From Nemertoderma westbladi (lineage: Eukaryota > Animalia > Xenacoelomorpha), in the NCBI GenBank assembly GCA_032718475.1, contig JAUCBJ010009100.1, positions 1 through 64,000 on the forward strand: a stretch of 64,000 nucleotides of DNA, given 5' to 3'. Under the pieces are notes generated by a model that saw only the letters and a list, made by a program, of their open reading frames with translations, ran no database searches and was not told the origin of the DNA. Of the stretch, positions 49,587 through 62,963 are shown piece after piece (within the stretch, counting starts at the first letter, position 1; each line of letters opens with the position of its first letter). A program made the position numbers and the translations under genes.

Positions 49587-52339
49587 ATGAGTGATTATAG
49601 TAAAACTAGTCAAAGGTCAACCCAAAGTCAGCAAGTCCTAAGTCCACAGCGAACCAAACCAAAGGTTATACAGGATAAAGTACAAGGTGGCCTTGGGGCA
49701 CCTCCCACAAGGAACGCAGCTCATGTTGGGGCTGCGGCCGTAGCCAATCAAAACTTACCTGAGATTTTGGTTAGCCTAGCTGCACTTGGTCTCGACGCTG
49801 CCTCTCTGGAAACAGAGGGTTGGCGCAGGGCACTTGGTGGGGTCATTGGCTACCGCAACCGCCGAGTCAATGAAATTATTGCCTTGCAAAGGGCATGGAC
49901 TGATGAGACTCCTATTGATCTACTACGGGGTTATGGCATCGAGATGGAGGAGATATTATCAAAAAGACGGCATCTCAGTGAAACCTTGCTTCGGTATGCT
50001 AAACTTACAAACCGTGAGCCCATATGCTTATATGTACAAAAGGCAGATGCCGAATTTACTGTAATAATCAATAAATTTTTTAATGCTATGCCGGGAGGTC
50101 TATACCCACTTAAAGCAGCCAAGTCTTTGGGAGAGGTGGTGCCACCAGTAGTGGATGAAATCACTGGTAAAGTTGCTGATATGACAATTTGCTCACCAAC
50201 CAATATATCAGTTGTACCTTATGTTACACCAGTAAGTCGTTCTGTTGATGTAGCTACTGAATTAGCAGCTGATAACACACTCTGTCCAAACGACAGTGTT
50301 TCCCAAATACCTGTAGGTTCTCACTGCAGCAACTCCAGTTCTACCGTTCGAGCCTATCTGGAGGCTGAGCAGAAAAGGGATGAAGCACATAGGGAGAGAG
50401 TTAGGCGCCATGCTGTAATGGAGCAGGAGGAAGCTCTCCTCAAAGCCGAGGCTGTTAAGCAACGCGCTATTAAAGAGCAAGAAGAACAAATCTCTCGCGT
50501 TGATACTGCTATAATCAAAGCACAGGCCAAGCGGCGTGCCCAAGAAAAAATGGATGAAGCTGAAATGGAGATTGAGCAGCGTAAATCTCGTAGAATCATT
50601 GAGTATGGTTCAGGTGGAAGTGCGGGATCAGGTTTTTCACGGGGAACATTTCCGCTCCGAACCCCAGATCGAGATCCACATGTAACATCTACACTCACTT
50701 CAACACAAATCCCAGCGACTATGCCAGTGACATATAATAATTTGTCGCCACCTTTAGTGTCGGCTGTTAAGGCAGCCAATCCATCCATAACACCATTAAA
50801 TCCAAAGGCAGTGCCTTTCCCGCCATTAAAACCATTACCAACTGGTCAATATCGGGTGCGAGAACCAAACCCAAACCATAGGCGAAGTATGCCTTCCTCT
50901 GCTGCCATACCCATTCATCAAGATCCTGAAGCAGAGCGACAACCATTTGCCTCAGGTACTCGACCACCAATTGCGAGTAATCTTCCACACGTAACCAAGA
51001 AATTTCCAGCTCAGGACATTCGGTATCTACCAGGAACTGCTTTAGGGTCAAATCCACATCGAGAATTCATGAACACTGACAATGGTCCTCCCATCCCACG
51101 ATCACAAAATCCAGTGTGGTATCCACATAATGCAAGAATGTCTGGGCCACCATATGGCTCACAGCGACATCAATATCCAGAGGTATCCCGATATAATGAT
51201 GTTGATCCAATGGGATATCCAGAAATAGGGACTCAAAATCAAAATAACCAAAATATTGGACAATCACAATCTGGGCTTAACACTAGTCTAGAACAAGTCA
51301 GTATGCGAATTTTGTCGCATACAGAAATCAATCGATTTCTACCATACACTAAATTTGTCACCTTCAAAGGTGACCCAGAACAATGGCCAGCCTTCTTACA
51401 GTACTTTACCACAACTGTTCTTAGTAAAGGCTTGTCCTCTCAGGAAAATCTTAGCTTTTTGCTATCTGCAACTGCTGGGCCGCCCCACCTTGCAGTCACC
51501 CAACATATTGGAATCCCTGGGGGTTTTGAGAAGGCCTGGGCAAAACTTAAAAAACGCTATGGCAATCCGCGATGGCTTGCCAAAGAGTTATATCGCCAAG
51601 TTATTGAGTATCCTGCTCTTAAAGGCCAGCAGGATATTACTCCATTTTTTGGAGCGTATTGTAGCGCAATTAACAGCAATTGATCAAATAAATGAATTGG
51701 ATAACGCCCCAATTATAAGTACTATGGTCCAGAAACTAACTGGAGCATGTCAAGGTCGGTGGTTTAAGAATGTGAAACGTCTTGTATACCCCGAATCTGA
51801 TCGTATTATGCCTCGTTCTGAGAATCTAAATGATTTTATGAAGTTTCTTGAATGGGAAGTTGATTGGCGAGTGCAGTGGTGCCCCAACAGCTGCTGCTAT
51901 AGATAAGGCAGCACGGAATCAACCTAGAACCGAATTACGGCCTTCTTATCGATGGCATCCAAAAAAGGCAGTTGAAGCAGCCTTTGCAGCCTCAGCAGCT
52001 GTAACTCCAGAAATTTATAATAAGTCAGCCGATGAGGAATCAGAAGAAACAACCTGTGCAGTAACAGACCGCAAATTGCCTTTACCAAGTAAATCAAAAT
52101 CCTCTAAACCAAAACTGTCATGTGAAAAACCCAAGTCAGTACCACCCGAATGCATCCGATGTAAAAATGGTAATCACCATATCTACCGCTGCGAAACATT
52201 TCACAAAGATGATGTTAAGCAGCGCCGAGACTTTATATCAAAGTCTCGACTTTGTTAGAATTGTCTTCGTTCAGGTCACACTACCACAGAGTGCCCTTCA
52301 GCACGAAATTGCAGAGCATGTGATAATCGCCATCATACC
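49587..52339 (+). pseudogene. gag: BEL-3 gag, frameshifted, with triple Cys/His knuckle
   Basis: Coiled coil; FKGDPEQWPAF...AWAKLKKRYG; CIRCKNGNHHIYRC, LC*NCLRSGHTTTEC and CRACDNRHHTLIC. Two frameshifts and a TAG. Confidence 0.85.
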
Positions 52340-55300
52340 TTGATATGTCGAGACCCTAATGCTTCAACTGCTGTAGCTGTACTTACTGCCGAGTTGATTA
52401 CTGGATCAGATTCATCCTTTGTTGAAGATAGTCCAGGAGAGGTAGAAGCAGAGGCTGAGGCCTATATAGTTGAAATGGTAGACTCTCCATCCATTGCTAA
52501 ATCTTTCTTTATAGGAAAACGCAGTGTTAAAGAATATCCTATTCTTCCAGTTCGTGTCATGGGTCATGGCATTGAGCATCACTGCTTTGCTTTGCTAGAT
52601 ACTGGCAGTACTGCAACATTTTTAGATGAGTCTGTCTTTGACAAGATCTTCCCAGAATCAACTAGTCTTAGATTGACATTGCAAGGTATTTCAGGGGAAG
52701 AAGTCATGGGTACAAGAAAGGCATTTGGCTCCATTAGTTCTCTGGAGGGAAGCTGTACTGCTCGCCTCCCTCGTGTGCGAATGGTTCGCCTGAAGTTTGG
52801 TCAAGCTTGTGGTCAAGCATATGATTGGGCTTCAGACCCTTTTCCTGCAGAAGTTGGCTTGAAAGCACCAACTCTGCCTGATCCATCAGTTGTAATGATC
52901 ATTGGTGGTAATTGCTCAGAAATGCGTATTATATTAGAACAGCGCCCATCTAATCCTACTGCATATGGATGTCTAGCTACCCGAAGTCTACTGGGTTGGT
53001 ACTTTACAGGCCCCTCTCGACGAACTTGTATAGAACGCCAGTGGCCAGTTGATGACATTGAATCAGCAATGGCTGCTGATCGTGGTGATGCCTCTGCTGC
53101 ACTATGGGCACAGGAGGTTCCCCCCGATGAGACCTCTGAGCTGCTTCTTCTTCAAGAAGAAGTATACCAAGAAGATGATGATACTGATGTACTATCTGAA
53201 ACTTCCTTTACCAACCTCATGGAAGAGTCTCTAAACATAATAAATACTGGTCTAGATCTTCTCTGTGATGAAGATAAATATGTACTTCAAGCTTTGGATC
53301 ATAGAGTTTCTGCCTGGATTGATGGTCTGAAATTGCAGCCCCATGATTTAGAGAAAGCTAGCTCTGTAGAAGAGCTCCGTGCCGCTGAAATACAAAGGAC
53401 TACACGACGTCTTCTCCCAGATGGCCATTATGAAATAGGCCTTCTCTGGCGAAAGCCTGAACCACGCCTCATTAATAATCGTCCACTTGCCTTACGACGT
53501 CTAAATTCCCTTAAGAAACGTCTAATTGACAACCCTGAAGTAAATGTAATGTACCGTGCTGAAATGGACAAACTCTTAGCCAACGGATGGGCTATGCGTA
53601 TTCCAGATCACTTAATAGCACCAACTCCTCGAACTTATTACTTGCCTCATCATTTCGTTATAAATCCTAATAAGCCAGGTAAAGTTCGTGTTGTAAATGA
53701 TTGTGCTGCTGTATATCGTGGAATTTCTTTAAACAGTGAGATAATGAAAGGCCCAAACTACCTTAGAAATATTGTAGGAATTCTTCTTCGATTTCGAATC
53801 TCAGCTATTGCTTACATTGCAGACATTGAAGCTATGTTCATGCAGGTCAGAGTTACTCCGGTAGACAGAGATTCCCTGAGGTATTTATGGTGGGAATCTG
53901 AAGACATGTCAGGGGATCCCATAGAATATCAAATGTGTTCTCAAGCATTTGGTATAATATCTTCTCCATCAAATGCTGGTAGCAGTGTTGTTGGTTGCGT
54001 TGCAGATAACCAAGACCTCACCGACTCACTGGGAGAGCCGTTTTACTCACCTGATGCTGCAAGTACGTTACTTCGCGACATTTATATGGATGATATAATG
54101 AGTGCACAGCCAACAGTTGAACAGGCTATTATTGTTGCCCACCAGGTTCGTGACACTCTCGCACTAGGTGGTTTCAATCTTTTGAAGTTTGCAAGTAATA
54201 GTTCTAAGTTCTTAAAGTCTTTCAGTCCTGAGCTTCGCCAGGATGCTACTGTAGAACTTGGTATTGACCCACTTCCTGTAACGAAAGCTCTAGGCATTCT
54301 TTGGGATCCTACAAAAGACAACCTGTTCTTTAAGGTTAAGTCCTTTACCGATGGACCTCGGACAAATAAGTCTTGCCTCTCTATACTAGCAACGACCTTT
54401 GATCCTCTAGGATTGATTGCACCAGTCATTATGGCTGGGAAACTTCTTTTAAAGGATATCTGGGCTCATGGCTTAGATTGGGATGATCCTCTTCCTGGTC
54501 ACCTCTTAGCACAATGGTATAAATGGGAAACAGCCTTACACTATTTAGACACTATGCTCCTGCCACGTCAGTATTTGCCTGATCTTCAGCCTACCTCATC
54601 TGTGGCATTCCATATCTTCAGTGATGCAAGCAGTTTAGGCATGGGAGCGGTTGCATATCTTTGTTGGGATGATGACCAGAATATTGGTACTGCATTGTTA
54701 GGCAGCAAAACTCATATCATGCCTACGAAAGGACTAACCATACCCAGAGCAGAATTGCAAGCTGCAGTATATGCCGTTGAATTAGCTAGAACTCTACATA
54801 AAGAACTCATATGGCCTGAGGCCAAAATTACATTCTGGACAGATGCTTCCTTAGTTCTGCAGTACTTACATAACGAGACTACTCAGTTTGTAGTTTATGT
54901 TGCAAACCGAGTTCAAGCTATTCTCTCATTCACCACTGTGGCTCAGTGGAGACATGTACCAGGTGATCAAAACCCTGCCGATTCCGCATCGCGTGGTTTA
55001 CTTTGTGACAAATTCTTAGAGTGTAAACTTTGGTTCGATGGGCCAGAATTCTTACAACAAGGACCAGAGTACTGGCCTCCTCCCCTATCTGAAGCCTCTG
55101 ATATTGGCTGTTCCAGACTTCGATTCTGCATTACAAATTAAGGTTTCAAGCCTTAGTAATCTGCTGCGGATTGTAGTACCTTCAACTGGTAATGAAACCT
55201 TTCCTGATACTACAAAAAATGTTAGTCCCCTATTACTTGATCTTATACAGCATTATCGATCCTTTAATAGAGCTGCAAGGGCTATTACATGGATTAAACG

Positions 55301-56999
55301 TTTTATTCATTGGTATTTTGGTGGAAAACCAAAGTTAACACCCAATAAATTACCAAATATGGTTCCTCTGAAAGAACCAAATGCTGAAGACAATTCCATC
55401 CTTGAAGATACAAACAAGTGTAAAAAGCACAGAGTTTCAGAAGTGCTACTCACTTTACATTCCTCGACTGTAAATTCAGCTATACCACCATCTTTGAAAT
55501 CAAACTCAACCAAGACAAAAATCGTTATACCTTTAAATACTCATCAGGCACTCTTATGCCTCACACCGCTTGAGATAGATAGCTCTCAACGGCAACTACT
55601 ACGCTTTATTCAGGTATACACTGTGCCTGAAAACTACCGACAGCTACAAACATTACAACGGTCTTATATTCCCGATAGATTCCATGCTGTAATGCACAAT
55701 GGCCTAATGCGTGTTGGAAGCCGAATTGCCGGTGCATATTCTAGTTACGAGCAACAATTTCCTATCATTCTGTCCAATGCCACAGTTATGAGAGGCCTTA
55801 TTTACGATTCACATCTTCGAAATCATCATGCAGGTCAAGAATATATTCTTGCAGATCTGCGTCAACATTACTACTTAATCCGGCCATGGAGATCTCTCCG
55901 GTACATTTTAGATCAATGCCTACCCTGTAAACGGTTATTTGCACGTCCTTGTGCGCAGCTTCAGGCCCCACTGCCACCCGAATGTCTTCAAATAGGTAAG
56001 CCAGCCTTCACATCCACTGGTGTGGATATGTTTGGCCCCTTTAGTGTACGCAGGGGCTACCGTACATATAAACGTTGGGCGATAATATTTACATGCTTTA
56101 CAACTAGAGCAGTTTACCTTGATGTTGACGATCATCCTGACATGCAAAGCTTTATGCTCTGCCTTCGGCGTTTTGTAGCATCGACAGGGGGTGCAACCAA
56201 ATATCGTTCAGACTGTGGCTCTAACTTTATTGCTGCTGCCAGAGAACTGCAGCAGTTCATTGAGGACTGGAATGAACCTGTACTTAAACAGAAGTTGGTT
56301 GAATTCCAGTTGGTCTATCAACCCTGGCACTTTAACCCACCCCATGCTCCATGGTACGGTGGTGCCTATGAGCGTTTAATTCATTCAATCAAAGCCGCTT
56401 TGACAAAGATAATGCCATCACCACGAGATTTTTCGGATGAGATGTTCCGTACGCTCCTTTTAGAGATTGCAGATTCTATTAACCACCGGCCATTAATCCG
56501 AATATCCAATGATCCGGATGCCATAGAGGCAATAACCCCTGCTCATTTCATAAATCCCCGTCCATCGTCATTACAGGTATATGAATGCCATGACGATGGT
56601 GACACTCAAGCATACTACCTCCAAGCTTTATATAAGGCAGTCGCCTTACATGTAGATGTCTTTTGGGGTATTTGGAAGGATCACTACCTTCCCACAATTA
56701 AAACAAGAACAAAATGGTTTTCAAAAGCTCCAAACCTAGCTTTAAATGATCTCGTTATTGTTGACGAGCCCAATGTCCCTCGTCATAAATGGCTGCTTGC
56801 ACTAGTACGGGAAATTCACAAAGGTGATGATGGTTTGGTTTGCTCAGTAACTTTACGGCTTTCAAATGGTTCAACATTACAACGTCCAATTCAACGTCTG
56901 GTATTGCTTGAGATGGCTGCAGGCCACCAAGGTAATTACGGACAATACGCAAAATCTGACAAAGGCTTCTGCTGTGAAAACAATGCCAGTGGGCCTTAA
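52340..56999 (+). pseudogene. pol: BEL-3 pol (PR, RT, RNase H, integrase) with one frameshift near 55100
   Basis: LLDTGST; DIYMDD; FSDAS...IPRAEL; GVDMFGP, RSDCGSNF, GGAYE. Clearly related to BEL-2 pol. Confidence 0.93.
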
Positions 57000-58534
57000 A
57001 CTGTCTTCTACATAGCTTTACATTACAAGTATGTATGATGTATGTTAATTATGTGTTAGTGGGGGTATGTGTGTGTTTGTACTACGTATATATGGGTATG
57101 CAAATAATTACCTAGACTTAAAAATTACCCCTTAGTGAATTTTGGGAGCGGAATCGAAATTATTACTCGACTGATGACAGACCGAGTTTTACTTCTGCCA
57201 TTTCTCTGTTTGTAAAGAAACACGGGGCATGCATTAAAATAAAAAAAAAAAGGTTTTTTGCATTAAAAAAAAAAAAAAAAAAAAATGTCACATTGCAATG
57301 TATAAGGGCTTGAATATGTTCTTATATTTGCTTTGGAACTTGCCATCTGTAATTAAAACTTAGTATTAGTAAAAGACACCAAGCAATTTTGAACCTCATA
57401 GGTAATCCAGCTCACTTTGTCATAACGGCATAAGCTTATTAGTACTGAACACAATATGGCTGATGCTTCAGGCTTCGATTAATCTGAGAGATCCGATTCA
57501 GTGTTGGCGATGTTGGGGAGAAATGATGCGAGGCTACCCTCTGATATACAATAGCTTCAAGTCTCACATTCTCGTGCGTCTCATTTAGATATGTTTTGGA
57601 TCACTATCTAACACGAGTTTCCATCTGTATCTGCGCCATTGTGGTCTGATTTCTCCAAGAAATCTGGATATGAAAACCGAAGAAACATTCTGAGGATCTC
57701 ACTGCTGATGATGTTGTGGATCCACCACTGCTTACATCAACTCCACTTCTCAACCCCTGGGATCCGTTGGTTGCTTGGACGATTCTGGATCTACTACTTT
57801 GCATGCAGGATGGTAGTCAGTGTGTTTGCCTGATCGATAGTCGTACCAATACACAGGTGGCTCAGGAAGCATTGCCTTCAAAACCGAATCAGTACTCCAA
57901 TTATTCATATATATATATATTACATACACCGTACTGTGTTCTGATTGTGCAATTTGTAAAATGTATGCTAATCTTATTCAACACTTGAAATAGAATAGGG
58001 CTTTTTCCGCTGTGTAGCTCCTTTTGCCCTTTCTAGGAGATATAATTTTTTGAGATATGTTAGATTATGTATTGTTAGGGCTCTAGTAGACCCTGGCTTG
58101 GTGGTGGTTAGATCCAACCTACTGGTCTTTTACCTACCGGTCCTCTTCTGGTATTCCGGTATTCAGTCTTTCCTATCTTCTAGGTCTGTAGGTACAGTAA
58201 CCGTTACCGGTACCTACTGTACTGCTGTACTGATGTGCTGTAAGGTGGTGGGTGTGTTCGTTGGCCTGTTGGTTCATATTATTGTTTGATATGCTGTTCT
58301 GTATGTCGACCATTAATAAACTGATGCAGCTGGTATTCATTTATTTCCGATCCCAATATGGCGCAGTGATGTACTTGATGTTCCTACAACCCTATTCAAA
58401 TGGTGGACATTCCAGCGCATTCAGCAGGTCAGATAATTCAATATTATTCTACCGGTCGCCTCTACTGATTCTGATCTAGGCCTAGCTACCTACCTATACT
58501 TCCGGTGGTGTACCTACTCCAGTACTCTTCTAAA

Positions 58535-58693
58535 CTAAGCCCTTGGGACGGACAGTGGAGTGGCTCGCGGTTATCGTTGTCGTTGTGTAGCTACATCGTT
58601 GGCGAAAAACACAGCGACGACGGTACATCGGCGCTGAGGACCTTGCACTGTCCGGGGGCCGTGAGGGGTAGGCAGCGACGCCCGCTAGCCTAA
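58535..58693 (+). ncRNA. Conserved structured RNA element, copy 2, in the Gypsy-C 5' UTR
   Basis: Homologous to 35281-35441. Confidence 0.65.
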
Positions 58694-58888
58694 TTAGAAA
58701 CTACCGGTACCTATTCACATTCAGCAGTCAGGCGGTATTCCAGTCTGCCAGTATTCGATAACTACAGATTTTGGCTGATTTGCATGCAAAAGTTTTGCAC
58801 ATTTTTGCAAAATTTTTTCTTTTCGGATTTTGCAAATTTTTTCGGATATTTAATTTCCTGAAATTTCTCTACTATTCAACAGTCAGAT

Positions 58889-61800
58889 ATGCCTACTAAA
58901 GCTGAACTCGAAACCGAACTGGAGGTTTTAAGAGAACAGTTGGCTGGTCGTGGTAATCCTGATCCCACCTCAGCTCTTCTACATGCTTTAGTTAAATCAC
59001 AACGCGATTTGGCTGATTCCTTAGCACAATCCCAAGCCCAAAATGCCCATCAATTTCAACAATTACTTGGTCAACCACATCAACCTGTAGTTCATCAGGC
59101 TGACTCAACCCCTCGTAATCTTCAAATTAAAGCTCCAATTGCTTTAGAACCGGATTTCAGTTTAGCAAAATTTGAAACTTGGAAGTCGGTTTGGGCAGAT
59201 TATTATTCTGCATTTCAGATGGATAGAATGGCTAGGGATAGGCAAATCTGTATTTTCAGGAGTTACCTTTCTATAGGTATGCGCTCTACACTGGAACAAG
59301 TTATTGACATTCCTCCTGACACACATGATAATCCTTTAACAGTTCAGGTGTTAATAGATTGTATTCAAAGTTATTTTCGTGGTAAACGGAATATAGCCCT
59401 TGATTGTGTTCAGTTTGATAATAGGAAACAGCGTCAAAGTGAAAATTTTGATAGCTACCTGGTTGCTATTAAAGATCTTGCTCGAGATGCTGATCTATGT
59501 CGTCATTGTTTCGATCGGCGGTTGACTACTCGAATTATGTCTGGTATTTCTTGCGAGGACACCAGATCTAAACTTCTTGCATTGACTCCATTTCCTTCGC
59601 TTGAAGATGCTGTAAATCTTTGTAGGTCTGAGGAATCAGCCCAAGCTGGAGTTCAGGATTTAAAAAACCCTTCAATCAACCAAGCTTCTCGACAATCTCG
59701 TTTTCACAACAAAAAGCCTTATAATTCCAGGCGCAACAATTCTTCTAAATCCAAATCCAGAAACAATTCTTCAACTACTGGCCCTATAGTTTGTTATGGT
59801 TGTGGTAAAACAGACCATAAACGCGCTGACTGTCCAGCAAGGAACAAAGATTGTTCTTATTGTGGCAAGGAAGGCCACTTTGCCAATGTTTGTCGGTCTA
59901 AACAAAATAATTCGAATTCATCTTCAAAACCTAAGACAAAACCCATTAGCCGCATCACCCTCAATTTGGTTGGAAGCCATAATCGTCAAGCTCCGAAAGT
60001 ATTTCTGAACTTCTGTCATATTGCAACAGGACATTTATTCGGTTCTCTCAAAGCAACTCCAGATACTGGTGCTGAGGCCACTGTTGCTGGCTTAGATTTT
60101 CTTCAGGCCCTTTCTATTGACAGAGAAAATCTACTTCCACCAGACCATGATGATCTTTCTGCTGCTAATGGTAGTCTTCTTTCATGCATTGGTCTCCTCC
60201 ACACCTCAATTTCCTATGGCGAATATTCAACTGATGAGCTTATCTGCATTTGTGAAGAAGTCGATGGAATTCTTTTGGCATGGTATACTTGTCAAAACCT
60301 AGGAATTATTTCAAGTTCATATCCAGAACCAGTGGCAGAAATTCAGTCTGTTGCTTCTTCTAATTCTTCTAATATGTCACCAATTGGTATTAAAAACTCA
60401 ATTCCAACAACATCATTCAAGGTTGACTTCCATCTTTCTGATGAACCTTCGCCTTCAGAATGGGATACTGTTAAGCAGAAACTCATAAAGGCTTATTCTG
60501 ATGTTTTTGACCAAGATGACAAACTTCGTCCAATGAATGGCCCACCCATGACCATTTCATTAAAAGATGATGCCCAACCATATGCTATTCATACAGCCAG
60601 GCAACTTCCTTTAGCCATTAGAGACTGGGCTAAAGCTCGCTTAGAGAAAATGGTTGAACAAGGTATTATTTGTCCAGTTCTGGATAATGAACCAACTGAT
60701 TGGGTCCATCCTTCCGATATCACTTCTGATATCACTTCCGATATCACTTCCGATATCACTTCTGATATCACTTCCGATATCACTTCCGATATCACTTCCG
60801 ATATCACTTCCGATATCACTTTCGATACCTCAATTGTTGTCTCTGAGGCTCCAAGTCATCTCAAGGATTCATATATTGAGTCTATCCGATCATCTGCAAA
60901 GGATGATATTTCTTACATGGCTTTGGTGGATGCTGTTATTTCTGGATTTCCCTCAACATCCACACAATGTTCTGTGCACATACGCCCATTCTGGAATGTG
61001 CGACATCAGTTATCTTGTGAAGATAATCTTCTTTTATTAGGTTCCCGGATTGTAATTCCATTTTCCCTCCGCAAGGATGTCCTGAAGCACCTTCATGATG
61101 CTCATCAGGGCATTGAACGTTCTAAGTGGAGAGCTAGGCAAACTGTATTCTGGCCTGGTATCAATAGCGATATTACAAACATAGTCAATTCTTGTCCCCA
61201 GTGTCAACTTTATCAACCAAGTTTACCTAAAGAGTCTCTCCAAAGCGACCCTCATCCATGTCTTCCAATGGAGGATTGCTCTGCTGATCTTTTCTACTTC
61301 AGCACCTGGTCATACCTGGTTTATGTCGATAGATATTCTGGGTGGCCATGCGTTCATTCTTGGCGTGCCGATCCTTCCAGCTCTCAAGTTATTTCAGCTC
61401 TTCGAGGATGGTTCAAAGATTTCGGTATTCCAAAACGCCTTCGTTCTGATGGTGGTACACAATTTAATTCAGCACGTTATCATGATTTCTTATCCGAATG
61501 GAATATCATCCCTGAGTATTCTACTCCTGAGTATCCTCAGTCTAATGGCCATGCAGAGGGGGCTGTAAAGGCCATGAAATCATTGATAAAAAAGTTAGAT
61601 GTCAAAGGAGATCTAAACTCTACTTGCTTTGTTCGTGGTTTGCTGGAATGGAGAAATACTCCTAAAGAACATGGTATGTCTCCAGCTCAACTGTTGTTCG
61701 GTAGATCCCTCCGTTCTACTATACCAGCTCATTCGTCCACACTGGCAGGTGATTCATTCCCTATCCCTGGTCCTTCAACGTCTTCAGCAACTGAATCATA

Positions 61801-62104
61801 TTATAATGATCATGCTCACGACTTAACCCCGATTCCTATTGGTTCCCGAGTTTGCATCCAGAGTGCACATTCCAAACTATGGAACAAATCTGGTATCGTC
61901 CTTTCCCGTGGTACTAGGCGAGATTACAGGATAGAACTAGACAATGGTCGGGTGTATTGGAGAAATCGTCGTTATCTACGTTCCATCCCAGATGACTCTT
62001 CTCTTCGTGACATAACGCCTCAAAAACAGGTACAGTTCGCTGATGATCTTCCCAGGCGCAGTTCGAGAACTCACAAGCAACCAGCAAGATTCGGAGTTCA
62101 ATGA
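58889..62104 (+). CDS. Gag-protease-(SDIT)9-integrase polyprotein, 1071 aa
   Basis: Knuckles CYGCGKTDHKRADC and CSYCGKEGHFANVC; PDTGA; the RT start ends at DWVHP; integrase SADLF/SDGGTQF/SNGHAE. No RT or RNase H motifs. Confidence 0.9.
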   Translation: MPTKAELETELEVLREQLAGRGNPDPTSALLHALVKSQRDLADSLAQSQAQNAHQFQQLLGQPHQPVVHQADSTPRNLQIKAPIALEPDFSLAKFETWKSVWADYYSAFQMDRMARDRQICIFRSYLSIGMRSTLEQVIDIPPDTHDNPLTVQVLIDCIQSYFRGKRNIALDCVQFDNRKQRQSENFDSYLVAIKDLARDADLCRHCFDRRLTTRIMSGISCEDTRSKLLALTPFPSLEDAVNLCRSEESAQAGVQDLKNPSINQASRQSRFHNKKPYNSRRNNSSKSKSRNNSSTTGPIVCYGCGKTDHKRADCPARNKDCSYCGKEGHFANVCRSKQNNSNSSSKPKTKPISRITLNLVGSHNRQAPKVFLNFCHIATGHLFGSLKATPDTGAEATVAGLDFLQALSIDRENLLPPDHDDLSAANGSLLSCIGLLHTSISYGEYSTDELICICEEVDGILLAWYTCQNLGIISSSYPEPVAEIQSVASSNSSNMSPIGIKNSIPTTSFKVDFHLSDEPSPSEWDTVKQKLIKAYSDVFDQDDKLRPMNGPPMTISLKDDAQPYAIHTARQLPLAIRDWAKARLEKMVEQGIICPVLDNEPTDWVHPSDITSDITSDITSDITSDITSDITSDITSDITSDITFDTSIVVSEAPSHLKDSYIESIRSSAKDDISYMALVDAVISGFPSTSTQCSVHIRPFWNVRHQLSCEDNLLLLGSRIVIPFSLRKDVLKHLHDAHQGIERSKWRARQTVFWPGINSDITNIVNSCPQCQLYQPSLPKESLQSDPHPCLPMEDCSADLFYFSTWSYLVYVDRYSGWPCVHSWRADPSSSQVISALRGWFKDFGIPKRLRSDGGTQFNSARYHDFLSEWNIIPEYSTPEYPQSNGHAEGAVKAMKSLIKKLDVKGDLNSTCFVRGLLEWRNTPKEHGMSPAQLLFGRSLRSTIPAHSSTLAGDSFPIPGPSTSSATESYYNDHAHDLTPIPIGSRVCIQSAHSKLWNKSGIVLSRGTRRDYRIELDNGRVYWRNRRYLRSIPDDSSLRDITPQKQVQFADDLPRRSSRTHKQPARFGVQ
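60713..60820 (+). repeat. 12-bp tandem repeat TC(C/T)GATATCACT x9
   Basis: 108 nt in frame, encoding (SDIT)9. Confidence 0.97.
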
Positions 62105-62618
62105 ACTGACCTATTGGTGGTGGTTGGATTTTTTTTCAGTACAAATGTCTCCTACATTGTTCTTGGGGGAGATGTTAGATTATGTATTGTTAGGGCTCTA
62201 GTAGACCCTGGCTTGGTGGTGGTTAGATCCAACCTACTGGTCTTTTACCTACCGGTCCTCTTCTGGTATTCCGGTATTCAGTCTTTCCTATCTTCTAGGT
62301 CTGTAGGTACAGTAACCGTTACCGGTACCTACTGTACTGCTGTACTGATGTGCTGTAAGGTGGTGGGTGTGTTCGTTGGCCTGTTGGTTCATATTATTGT
62401 TTGATATGCTGTTCTGTATGTCGACCATTAATAAACTGATGCAGCTGGTATTCATTTATTTCCGATCCCAATAAGATATAAATTTTGTGCTTTGTAGTTA
62501 TTTTTAGTTTTGAGTTATTTCGCTATACCACTGAAGTCCACTTACTCCACTGAAGTCCAGTGCGAGTCCATCTTCCCTGACTATGGGATGCTACCTCGCG
62601 TCGTATCCCAGGGAGCGG

Positions 62619-62963
62619 TGTTAAACTGGGATGGTAATAATGGGCCTCGCCCTGATTACTTTGTTTATTATCTGATAATAATTGACTGCCAATCTCTGTA
62701 GATAGTAGCTCCCACATTTCCTACTTTCTATTGGTACAGTACAAGGTGCTAATAGTTATGATCAGCTGTTCTGGCCCTACCATTGAATGCCTTGTAACGG
62801 TAGTTAAGGAATTATTGCGGTCAGGTGGTACCTCAGCTTTCATGTAATAGTGTTGCTTTCATGTAGTCAGGTGGTACCTCTACATTGATAATACCGTACT
62901 AAACATATTTGAACTTATTTATATTTAGATATATTTCATATTTATATTCAGTCAGTGGCTACC
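62619..62963 (+). repeat. BEL-3 3' LTR, truncated
   Basis: Matches 43793-44044 plus 48559-48651, then similarity stops. Confidence 0.88.

Larger units (their letters stand above)
58058..62473 (+). mobile_element. Gypsy-C: non-autonomous Ty3/Gypsy element lacking RT and RNase H
   Basis: 301-bp LTRs at 58058-58358 and 62173-62473 with TG...TA ends and no difference seen. TSD AGATA. PBS TGGCGCAGT. PPT GGGGGAGA. Confidence 0.95.
43793..62963 (+). mobile_element. BEL-3: degenerate BEL/Pao element with two nested Gypsy insertions and a truncated 3' LTR
   Basis: The 5' LTR starts TGTTAAACTGGG at 43793, is split by Gypsy-B and probably ends TTTGACA at 48959. The 3' LTR starts at 62619 after GGGAGCGG and matches only to ~62963. 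Confidence 0.85.

Noticed and set aside
57169-57222. Hammerhead ribozyme (CTGATGA...GAAAC)
   Set aside because: Stem II cannot close next to the core, and no stem I/III with an NUH site was found.
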